64,000 nt of DNA from Naegleria gruberi (Eukaryota), in assembly GCA_000004985.1 (NCBI GenBank), contig GG738853.1, one strand, 5' to 3'. Of this stretch, positions 47,122-57,109 are shown piece by piece. Under the pieces are notes generated by a model, which ran no database searches, had not been told where the DNA came from, and worked only from the letters and a program-made list of their open reading frames with translations. Every line of letters begins with the position of its first letter. The first letter of the stretch is position 1. A program made the translations under genes and the position numbers.

Positions 47122-49547
47122 TTAAGAGAAGCGATAAATTGTTGGGACTCCATTCGTATCATCGCAAATAACGCAAAAACCTTGTTCATTGAATTGATTC
47201 AATACCAATGTTAAAACATCTTTTTCTACTACTTTTGGTTGTTGATTCAAAATGAATGATTTAAAGCTTTCCAATTCAATAGAGCCGCTCTGTGTCTTTC
47301 TTATTAAGTGATGCTTAATATAAGAGACATAGTCAAAATTGGCTGGTACTGTTGTTTCTTTCTTTGTTTTCTTTACAGTTTCTATTGTTGTAATTATTTG
47401 TTTAGCTCCACAATTTAAATAATTTAAACTTCCATCAAAAATTTTAAATACCATTTCAACATCCTCTTCCAAAATTTCATTTCTCATATGAAGTTTAGCC
47501 ATAGCTGATGATAATCTAATTAATGCTTCAAGTGTTCTTGGTGTAATTGGAAAATGAGCTCTTTGAGAATCCACTTTCATGAATTCACTTCTCAAATCCA
47601 CATATTTCTGTGAAATCATTTCTCTTGCTTTATCTGTTAAAGCTGGAGAATATTTCGTCTTGGCAAATTGTATATACTTTTTCAATATATTTAGAGGTAC
47701 ATGTAGAGAATCTAATTGTCCTCGTTCTGCTTTTTTAATAATCTCTTCTGTATCAGAGTATGAAATTTCATCTTTTAAATCATTCTTATTAGAGAAGAGA
47801 GTACTATTCAATTCTTCTTTAAGAATATGTGATGTTGATGAATCATTTGTAAATTTGTGAACTCCTAATACATGTCTCGCAATATCTCTATCTAATGTTG
47901 AATCATTTTCATCTGTTAAAACGAAAACCAGATCAAATCTAGATAATAAAGTATCAGGTATCATTATATTTCTATGAATTGGTAAATTTTTATCATATTT
48001 ACCATAAACAGGATTACATGCTCCCAGCACTGAACATCTTGCATTAAGTCTTACAGCAATACCTGCTTTGTAAACTGAAAAAGATTGTTGTTCCATAACT
48101 TCATGCATGTGAACTCTTTCCACATCCGTCATTTTATCCAATTCATCTATACATACAATTCCACCATCTGCTAGAACCATTGCTCCAGCTTGAAGTATTC
48201 TTTCATTATTTTCTGTAACTACAGCTGCTGTTAAACCAACACCACTCGAAGATCTGGCATTGGCTGAAATTGCTAAAGGTGCACAATTAAGTACAAATCT
48301 TAAAAATTGAGATTTAGCTGTTGATGGATCTCCTATTAATAATACATTAATATTTCCTCTTATTTTTGTATTAGTTTCAGTAAATTCCTTATCAACACCT
48401 CCTAGTAAGAAAAGCAATAATGCTTTTTTTATAATGTCATGTCCATATATAGATGGTGCTATTGAATTTGAAAGTATATGAAATATATTTGGACATTTAC
48501 AAAGTTGACTAATTAAAACACTTTCCTTAATAGATATATCATTTAAAGGTGTCACAATTCCACTAGTTTTGATTATATTATTTACAATAAGTGATACTCT
48601 TGCAAGTGATTTTTTCTTTTTTAAAATTCCAGGTATTGAAATCACTTTATAAGTTCCAAATATTTTAACTCGGTCTCCTGCTTTAACTTGATCACATAAA
48701 TCACATTCTAAAATACATTCTATTGATCTAGGTAATTGTCCAACAGGTGATTTTTCAGGTAAATCTTGTAAAACTATTCTTTGAGTATCCACAAAATCTG
48801 AAAGTCCAAATTCAAAATCTAAACTATTTCCTTCAACATCTTCTAATGGAATTGGATTTATAAAATTATTATCATTTAACAAGTTACTTTCATAGTCAAC
48901 TTTGGAAAATATTTTAGTTTTTTCACAATAATGTATTGATGATATTAATCTTTGTGAAATATTTCCACCTTTTTCAATGATATTCATAATATAATATATA
49001 TACAAATTGATAGAATATATAATGGACACATATTTCAAGTAATAAAAAGATATACACAGTATTAATATATAATTGAATAAAAATGGAAATTCATTAACAA
49101 CTTACAACAAGTAACAATTCCTTCTAAACAAATTAATTTTCCTATATGTATTGATTGTAAATATCTGGGCGATAAATCATAAATTGCATTTCCAGAAATC
49201 CCAATAGAAATTTTTGTATCTTGTTCAAAATATTTACAATCAATTTTCTGAATTTCTTCATGTAAAGCAATTTCCAATGAAGGAAATAAATATGAAGGAT
49301 TCATTTGTAATTTATGACAAAGTGTTGTATCATAACTTCGTAAATCATTTAAATCCACAACAAGCCTACAATAATCACTCTGTATAGAAAGTAATCTTTT
49401 TAATTTTGATGAATATACAATTTCTCCCTATACATTATTAATAAAGATGATACATGATGAAAAACCTACATTAACTTGATAGGTTGAGAGAAAATGTCGG
49501 AAGTGTTGAATTTGATGACGAAGTTCGCCTTCATCATTTAAATTCAT
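47122..49547 (-). CDS. MCM-family AAA+ helicase of the MCM8/9 type. The main exon is 47122 to about 49020, with two 5' exons at about 49106..49400 and 49470..49547; the 5' junctions are not resolved.
   Basis: Walker A GDPSTAKSQ, Walker B CIDELDKM, arginine finger SRFDL and the OB-fold GKLICLEGIVT. PRSIECILECDLCDQVKAGDRVKIFGTYKV parallels the MCM8 block [26 protein letters not shown]. The GTAAGT donor after ...GIVTC and the 5' ATG exon (MNLNDEGELRHQIQHFRHFLSTYQVN) are phase-inconsistent as I read them. Confidence 0.65.
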
Positions 49548-50889
49548 TTTTTTCTTTGAGGTTTTTTTTTAAAAAAAAAAAAGCATGAAATTGTGCGACC
49601 TCTCAATGGAAGCAAATATAACATTAAACTTAACATTAAACTTGATGAAGATGGTGTTGCTGCGATGGCAATGATAAAAGATTGAGAGTTTAATATAAAT
49701 CACATGTTTTATATTCCATGATTGAGAAGATTGGGAAGTAGATTAGATTTATGGAATTTTATAATTAAATGAACAAGTAAATGCTAATAACCATTAATGT
49801 TGTTATGAATGAAATGGTGGTGAAGGAATTAATGATGGAAATTGATGATGAGAATGGGATGAACATGATTTGATGGAATTGGATGGATTTAGAATTGGAA
49901 AATCAAAACATATTGAGTGTCAGAAGGTGGATATTGACTGTTTGTGAACACATGTTGAAATAATCATTTCATTCTTCAAATGTGAAATAACAGTTGAACC
50001 TTTTTTACATCCATCAAATGGTGGTTTACAAATATTGATAGAAAATGGATTTCCTTTTATGTAAATGTATGGGAAGGATTTGAAGATTTTTGATTTTCTG
50101 TTAGTTACTTTCCTTAATTTCACTCTTTACAAATGTTGAATTTAATCCATTTATATTCCAACCTCTTTACATATTTTTTTAGGATTGGATATTATTTTAC
50201 TATATTTGTTATTGATCCATGCAAATTTAACATTTTACATGTGGAAGAATATATTATTTACCTAATTTATAAATTAATAGCTAAAATAGAAGGAGCGGCT
50301 GAAGCTTTCCTACAACAAGATACAGAAGCCATTGAAAAATTCAATTTCCATTTTGTAAAATATTGGAATGATATGAGAATTGCAAGTTTATGTGGTTGTA
50401 AACTTAGAATGGTTGGTGTTTTAACACTTGATATTGATACACCTCTCTATAAGACTTGGTATTGTTGACTAATTATTGTAACAATTTTCAAAAATAATCA
50501 AACATTCATTTGAAAAATAGACAACTCTTCCACCAGCAATATTTAAATTAATTATTCAGAGAGAATAAAGTCTGGAAGAGGATCTATTCTGAAACTGAAG
50601 AAAGAATTCATGTTAGTTTAAGTGATAATTCACTTTCTAACACTATTACACCTCGAGATTCTATTGAGAAATCTGTATTAAAGACGAAACTGTTATTCAA
50701 ACTGCCATTAGAATTTGTATTGAAACGAATTCATGCAAATTGAAGAAAGTTAATGCAATTAATCCTCAACAATATATTTACAAATTTACATGCAAACTGT
50801 TTCACAATCACCTTATTCTGAAGAAGATTATTAGAAACAATTCTAAAATTGAATAAGTTTACAATTATTTCGAATAACAATAAAAAAAA

Positions 50890-53800
50890 ATGCCCAAACA
50901 TTCCTTCACTGATTTGTTAATTGTTGCAATAAGTGATGATCATCATACTTCCGATGATGATAATGATGATGAACATGATTGTGATAAATTAATATTTAAA
51001 CATTTTCAACAAATTTCCTCTGCCAGAATTGAAAAAAACAAATCAATTTATAAGCATCTATTATTATTAGAAAACCGATTAGAAACCATTTCCACATTCA
51101 TTGAAAAATATCCATTTCCTGATAATGATTGTAAATTGGCAATTTTTAAAGCAGTGAGTAAAAATGGATTATTTCTGGAAGCAGCTTCTGCAAATTTGAG
51201 AAATGATGAGGAAATTGTAATGAGAGCTGTTAAAAAAAATGTAAATGCTATAGAGTTTGTGAGTGAAGAATTGAGAAGTGATAGAGAATTTGTGAAGAGG
51301 ATGATTGTTTCTGCAAGGGAAAGACTTGGTGGTACTTGTAGCTTTTTCAAACATCTCGACAAATTTCATGACGATGAGGAAATTGTAAAAATGATGGTGA
51401 AGAAATTTGCCAATTCTCTAGAATTTGTATCTACACGATTGAAGAATGAGAGGGAAATTATTTTGGAGGCTGTTAAAAGGAGAGGTTCATCTATTAGATT
51501 TGTACCAGAACATTTGATCGATAGAGAGGTGGTGTTAATATCTGTGAAAAGTTTTTTTCTGGCACTGAAATATGTACCTTCAGAGTTTTTAAATGATAGA
51601 GAAATTCTCTCTGCTGCTATTGACTTTTCAGGAATTTCAATGCAATATGCATCTGATGAGATTAAGAGTGATAGAGAGTTTGTTCTAGAAATGGTAAAAT
51701 TGAAGGGTGATTGTTATTGTTATATAGCAGGCCATCTCAAACTTGATAGGGAAATAGCCATAGAAGCTATAAAGACAAGTTCACAAAGTTTAAGATATGC
51801 ACCTGATCATTTCAAAGATGATGATGAAATTGTTTCAATAGCAGTTAGAAAAGATTTGTCCATTGTTTCTGCTGCTTCACAGAGATTTAGAGATAATGCT
51901 GATTTTATCTATGATATGGCTTCATCAGCATCTCGAGTGCTTGATTATATTACAAATTGTAATTATCCTTTGGCTAACGATAGAGAATTTAATCTAAGAT
52001 TGGTAGAAAAATTTGCCAATTACAGTGAGGATATTAAATATGCACTAAATCACGGAATAGAAAAGGAACTTATTTTGAAATTAATAGAGATAGATCCTGA
52101 TTGCTTTGTAAAGGTACAGAGTGAGGATATTAAGAATGATAGAAAATTATTATTCGATTTATTACCACATGGGGAGGAAATTCTTGACCTAATTCCTGAG
52201 AGTTTGAGTAATGACAGAGAACTCATTCTAAGAGCTGTGAAAATTTATCCTATCGCTTTAAAGATGGCTTCCGAGGAGCTGCGTGCTGATAGAGATATTG
52301 CTGTTCAGGCATTAATGTGTAGTGTTGATAACTTTGAGTTTTTATCAGAGGAATTAAGAAGTGATGGAAAGATAATAGAGGACATTCTTATTAGGGATGC
52401 CTATGTGTTGCAATTTGCGCCAGAATCATTTGGAAATGATAGAGAAATAATAACAACAGCTATCAGAAACTCATTCTCTAATACTTATTCTTTTATAGGG
52501 TATGAACTAAAGGAGGATAGGGAGCTTATTTTAGACTATGTAAAGAGATGTGGATCTATTGAAAATATTCTTCAAGATTTTCGAAACGATAGGGAAATTG
52601 TACTAACAGCTATTCAACAAAATGGAAGTGAATTTCAGTACGCCTCCAAATCTCTACGTAGTGATAGAGAGCTAGCATTAATTGCCGTCAGAAACTCATG
52701 TTCTTTAGAGCATGTACTTGTGGAAAAATTCGATAGAGAGCTTGTTTATGAAGCTTGCAAAATTGAATCAGAAAATCTTGAATATGCTTCAGAGTTTAGA
52801 GATGATGAAGATATTGTTATGGTGGCAGCTTGTTCTGATACTGGTTCAAAGTTTTTCCAGTACGCAAGTGATCGATTGAGAAATAATAGAGATTTTGTTT
52901 TGAAGGTTGCAAAGGTAAATGCTGGAATCATTCGATACATTTCAGAAGAGCTTTGTCAAGATAGGGAAATTATCATGACTGCTGTTTCAGCTGATGGAAA
53001 GTTATTAAAACATGCATCAGAAGAATTGAAAGGCGATAGACAAGTTGTGGAAAAGGCAATCAATTCATATTCTCGTTCCTTGAAATTTGCTTCTGAATAT
53101 TTAAGAAAAGATCAAGAGTTATTTGAAAAAGCTATATCAAAAGAATTAACCTATTCTCTCGCCACAAATAAGGAAATGATGAACAAAATTGATGTGAAAA
53201 TAATAGAGAAATGTGTGGTTGAACAAGGATATTCACTTAGTTATGTACCTGATTCTGTAAAAAGGAATAGAAGTCTTGTTATTAAGGCTGTAAATGCTGA
53301 CATGGATAATATTTTACATGTGCCACACGAGTTGATTGACAAGGAATTCATTATGGAATTGTCTCCAGCCAAGTTCAATATATTATTACTTCCACTCAAA
53401 TGGAGAAGAGATAGAGATATAGTATTGAAGGCATTGGAAAGTAATGGAAAAACAATAGTTTACCTTTCAGAGGAATTTAAAAATGAATTTAAAAACAACA
53501 GGGAAATATTACTGAAAGCAATGAAAACTGACAGCATTCCTTTCATTTATGCAAGTGAAGAATTACAAAATGATAGAGAATTTGTTTTGGAATCTGTTGC
53601 AACAAATGGAAAGGTATTAAATCACGTACCACTTGAATATCAGCTAGACAGAGAAATTGTCTTGACAGCTGTCAAAAATGATGGAAATTCTATTGAATTT
53701 GGAGCCACTTGCTTCATGAAAGATAGAGAAATTATGTGGAATGTAGTTCAAAACTTTTTATCAGAGAAAAATACATCCAATCCACTTATTTATGGCTCAT

Positions 53801-54087
53801 TTGAAATACGAAGTGATAGAGAACTAGTTCTGGAAGCTGTTCGACATGATTACAACGCCCTAGACTATGCTGCTCAAGAATTGTTATGTGATGAAGAATT
53901 TATGACCCAATGTGTGGAAATTAACATTAACAGTCTAATGTATGCCCATTATCAATTAAGATTCAACATTGATTTCCTTAAACGATTGAACAAGACAGAA
54001 ATTATTAGTGAAACAACTGATTTACATGACTGTATTGATATTGAAGGACTATTAGGATATTATCCAAAGTTAAAAGGTTTAATTTAA
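50890..54087 (+). CDS. DUF4116-repeat protein, 1065 aa (about 25 tandem units)
   Basis: Repeats such as REIVMRAVKKNVNAIEFVSEELRSDREFVKRMI and REIILEAVKRRGSSIRFVPEHLIDREVVL; acidic N-terminus. Confidence 0.6.
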   Translation: MPKHSFTDLLIVAISDDHHTSDDDNDDEHDCDKLIFKHFQQISSARIEKNKSIYKHLLLLENRLETISTFIEKYPFPDNDCKLAIFKAVSKNGLFLEAASANLRNDEEIVMRAVKKNVNAIEFVSEELRSDREFVKRMIVSARERLGGTCSFFKHLDKFHDDEEIVKMMVKKFANSLEFVSTRLKNEREIILEAVKRRGSSIRFVPEHLIDREVVLISVKSFFLALKYVPSEFLNDREILSAAIDFSGISMQYASDEIKSDREFVLEMVKLKGDCYCYIAGHLKLDREIAIEAIKTSSQSLRYAPDHFKDDDEIVSIAVRKDLSIVSAASQRFRDNADFIYDMASSASRVLDYITNCNYPLANDREFNLRLVEKFANYSEDIKYALNHGIEKELILKLIEIDPDCFVKVQSEDIKNDRKLLFDLLPHGEEILDLIPESLSNDRELILRAVKIYPIALKMASEELRADRDIAVQALMCSVDNFEFLSEELRSDGKIIEDILIRDAYVLQFAPESFGNDREIITTAIRNSFSNTYSFIGYELKEDRELILDYVKRCGSIENILQDFRNDREIVLTAIQQNGSEFQYASKSLRSDRELALIAVRNSCSLEHVLVEKFDRELVYEACKIESENLEYASEFRDDEDIVMVAACSDTGSKFFQYASDRLRNNRDFVLKVAKVNAGIIRYISEELCQDREIIMTAVSADGKLLKHASEELKGDRQVVEKAINSYSRSLKFASEYLRKDQELFEKAISKELTYSLATNKEMMNKIDVKIIEKCVVEQGYSLSYVPDSVKRNRSLVIKAVNADMDNILHVPHELIDKEFIMELSPAKFNILLLPLKWRRDRDIVLKALESNGKTIVYLSEEFKNEFKNNREILLKAMKTDSIPFIYASEELQNDREFVLESVATNGKVLNHVPLEYQLDREIVLTAVKNDGNSIEFGATCFMKDREIMWNVVQNFLSEKNTSNPLIYGSFEIRSDRELVLEAVRHDYNALDYAAQELLCDEEFMTQCVEININSLMYAHYQLRFNIDFLKRLNKTEIISETTDLHDCIDIEGLLGYYPKLKGLI

Positions 54088-54347
54088 TTGACAGAATCAA
54101 ATACTGCTTACATTGTCATCCTTATTCATCTTTGAGAAAATGCAAATACTTGAAAGTTGAGTTGCTATTTGAATAGTAAATTATTTGAAAATTGAATCAG
54201 TCAAGTTTCTTTAATGAAATCAGTTTTCCATCCAAATATGGAACCTTACATCTAACTTTTTTTGGTTTGTTCCAAATGAAAAACTATCGAAATGGTTTAA
54301 ATTAGCACCATCCTGGTTGAACTATTCCATCCAACAAAAACAAAAAA

Positions 54348-55319
54348 ATGAAAGTGAATCTAATCTTTTCAATTGCAATTCTACTCTTGCTTGCAATCCT
54401 CTCAGTTCAAGCAAGTGACAACTATCAAACTAAACCTCCAGTTGTCGTAGTCGACAAGTATCACAAGCCAAGAGTTTGTAAGAGAAAATGCTTAAAGCAC
54501 AAGTGGATTAAGAAGTGTTTGAAACATAAACTCGTTGGTCAAAAGAAGGTCTGTGATCAATATGCAATTGTTGGCGCTGGCAAATGTCTCAAACATAAGA
54601 AATATTCCAAATGTGACAAGTACAGCAAGCCAACAAAGAAGTGTGTCTTACATGCATACAAGATTGTTGGATGCGCCAAGAAGAAGTACTGGAAAGTTTG
54701 CGATTCTTATGGAACTAAGAAGATTTGTGTTAAGAAGGGTTTCAAGAAATTCTGTGCCAAACACAAGATTATCAACAAGTGTTTCAAGAAGGGATTTAAG
54801 AAGGTCTGTAAGAAATTCAAGAAGGTTCCAATCAAGAAGTGTGAAAAGAAGAAGATTTGTGACAAGTACACTGTTGATTCCTACAATAAGAAGGTTGCCA
54901 AATGTAGATATGTTAAAAAGTGCAAGATTGTTTCATGGGCAAAGAAATGTGCCAAGTATAAGAAGGTTAAATATTGTAAGGAGAGAAAATCTGTTAAGAA
55001 GTGTTGTCTCATTAAGAAGAAATTCTTCTGTGCCAAGCATAAGATCTTCAAGTTCTGTAAGCACAAGAAGACTATTTCCAAATGTGTCAAATATCAAAAG
55101 AAGAAGTATTGTGCCAAGACAATTATTATTCCTCCAAGATGTATCAAGAAGAAGTATTATAAGAAGTGTTTGAAACGTTCAAAGGGAAAGAAGATTTGTA
55201 AGAAATTTAAGTTGGTTGGTGGAAAGAAGAAGTGTTGCAAGTCAATCAAGAAGAAGATTTGTATCAAGAGAAAGACATGTAAGAAGGTATCAAAGCCAAT
55301 CATCAAACCATCCTTGTAA
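54348..55319 (+). CDS. Secreted, extremely Lys- and Cys-rich repetitive protein, 323 aa
   Basis: Signal peptide MKVNLIFSIAILLLLAILSVQAS, then reiterated CxKHK / KKGFKKxC / KKC units. Roughly one third Lys and about 12% Cys. The +1-frame ORF 54535-55173 is a shadow of the AAG repeats. Confidence 0.6.
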   Translation: MKVNLIFSIAILLLLAILSVQASDNYQTKPPVVVVDKYHKPRVCKRKCLKHKWIKKCLKHKLVGQKKVCDQYAIVGAGKCLKHKKYSKCDKYSKPTKKCVLHAYKIVGCAKKKYWKVCDSYGTKKICVKKGFKKFCAKHKIINKCFKKGFKKVCKKFKKVPIKKCEKKKICDKYTVDSYNKKVAKCRYVKKCKIVSWAKKCAKYKKVKYCKERKSVKKCCLIKKKFFCAKHKIFKFCKHKKTISKCVKYQKKKYCAKTIIIPPRCIKKKYYKKCLKRSKGKKICKKFKLVGGKKKCCKSIKKKICIKRKTCKKVSKPIIKPSL

Positions 55320-55403
55320 ATTAAAATCATTACTTGATTTCCAAATATGTAAGATAATAAATGTACATTTGTGTAAATAAAAGAATAAATAGTTGTATTT
55401 ACA

Positions 55404-56999
55404 TTATTTTGAATTATTCACAACAGCAATCTCAGTTGAGGTTGACTTCTTTTTAGTGGAAGCTCCACTATTATCTAAACTTGTAATACCAATTACATCA
55501 GGAATTACAGGATTACTTGATGGGAGAGTTGTTTGAGTAATTTGTAATGGTTGCTTAATTTCAGATGATTCAAGAGCAGCAGGTTGTTCAGTAGATGCTG
55601 TTATAGCAGCTTGTTCCTCTGGTTTTTCTTCTGGTTTCTTTTCTTCTGTTGGTTTTTCTCCTTCAGGTGCAGGTTGTTCAGATGTTTGTTCTGGTGCATT
55701 TGGTGGTGGATGATAGAACCATGTTGGAGTTAATGAAACTTTAAGAGCTTCCCAAAGAGCAAATCCAGCATCATGTCGAACTTTTTGATTGGACAAAATT
55801 CCAGTAACAAACACTTCAGCATGTTGTTGAACATTTTGATCATCCATTACATTGTGAACAGTGTGCATTCCCAATTCTGATCCACTTTGTTTTACAACAT
55901 CATATAAAATTACAGAGGCAAATAGGTCTGCAACATGTTGTCTGAAAGCTTCATCTTTAAGTGCATTATTCAATAAAATAACCAAGTGATCTTTTGTTTC
56001 TGGTTTATCAATAATTTTCCAAGCAAATTCTGAAGCTACTTGTATAGTATATTCGTCTCGTAAAAGGTATAACGCTATTCTTTCTTTAGCAAATTGTGAA
56101 ACATATTCTTGAGTGATTGGATCTTGAAGAACTTGTAATAAAAGAGTAACTAGTAATTGTTGAGTTTCCTTTCTAGAAATTAAATCTTTCAAAAAATTGA
56201 CAGCATGTTCAGTAGTCTTTGCATCACTTAATACTTGTTGAACTACTGCCTTACTGAGTACTTCTGCACTCATTTGAACACTTTCTGATCCTAAAGATCT
56301 AGAGGCCACATCAGCACCATGTTGACTGAAGAAATTCTTAATATCTTCACTAAATAAGAAAATGAAAACAGCAAGACCAAGTGATGTTGTAACTAAAACT
56401 CTAAATGTTGAATAACCTCTTCTCTTTAACATCATATCCAATTCATTGGCTAAATTTCTAATTTTTTGTGTGTAAAAGTGATGTTCAGGATTGACCACAG
56501 CAGGAGGAACAGGATCACGAATTTGTGATGTCGGATTAGTAACAATTGGTTGTTGTTGCTGTGTTTCACCAATATTAGATTCTGTTATTGGTGGTGGTGT
56601 TGTTGTTGTTGATGTGGTTGGTGGTGTTGTTGTAGATGATTCATTCGTAGATGATGGTGATGTAATTTGTTCATCAACATTTGTTTTGATCTTTTCTTCT
56701 TCAAGAGGTGTAGAATTCACTTCTAAAGGCTTTTCTGTATTATTGTTAGATTTACTATCATCATTAGATAAATTTGATGAAGTAAAAGCAGGTTGTTTCT
56801 TTCTTGCTGAATTGACAATACAAATATGAAAGCCTTTTCTATTAATCATGTTCGGAACATTGAAATCACATAATGATGATTTCAAAGATCCTCCAAATCG
56901 CCCTCCTCCAACAATTGGACGATGAATTATCAATGATGAAGAAAAACTTGGAGCTGATTTCAATTTTCTTGCTAAGAATCGTGCGGCAAGTTTTTTCAT
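55404..56999 (-). CDS. Hypothetical single-pass membrane protein with a basic presequence-like N-terminus (possibly mitochondrial), 531 aa
   Basis: MKKLAARFLARKLKSAPSFSS..., a Thr/Pro linker, the TM segment VLVTTSLGLAVFIFLF, then a helical domain. Confidence 0.45.
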   Translation of the reverse strand: MKKLAARFLARKLKSAPSFSSSLIIHRPIVGGGRFGGSLKSSLCDFNVPNMINRKGFHICIVNSARKKQPAFTSSNLSNDDSKSNNNTEKPLEVNSTPLEEEKIKTNVDEQITSPSSTNESSTTTPPTTSTTTTPPPITESNIGETQQQQPIVTNPTSQIRDPVPPAVVNPEHHFYTQKIRNLANELDMMLKRRGYSTFRVLVTTSLGLAVFIFLFSEDIKNFFSQHGADVASRSLGSESVQMSAEVLSKAVVQQVLSDAKTTEHAVNFLKDLISRKETQQLLVTLLLQVLQDPITQEYVSQFAKERIALYLLRDEYTIQVASEFAWKIIDKPETKDHLVILLNNALKDEAFRQHVADLFASVILYDVVKQSGSELGMHTVHNVMDDQNVQQHAEVFVTGILSNQKVRHDAGFALWEALKVSLTPTWFYHPPPNAPEQTSEQPAPEGEKPTEEKKPEEKPEEQAAITASTEQPAALESSEIKQPLQITQTTLPSSNPVIPDVIGITSLDNSGASTKKKSTSTEIAVVNNSK

Positions 57000-57109
57000 T
57001 TTTTTGCTTTTTGGCGAATTTTATTTTTGGAATTTGCAATCAAAATGCAAGTTGAGTGGAGGAGGAATGGAGAATTTCAATCATTCAAGTCATGAATGGT
57101 CAATTAGTG

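Noticed and set aside
49920-50468. Two small ORFs (67 and 111 aa) in the MCM / DUF4116 intergenic region
   Set aside because: No homology, poor start context, AT-rich intergenic DNA
54535-55173. 212-aa Arg/Ser-rich ORF and the minus-strand ORF 54881-55090 inside the Lys/Cys-rich gene
   Set aside because: Frame shadows of AAG/AAA/TGT codon repeats
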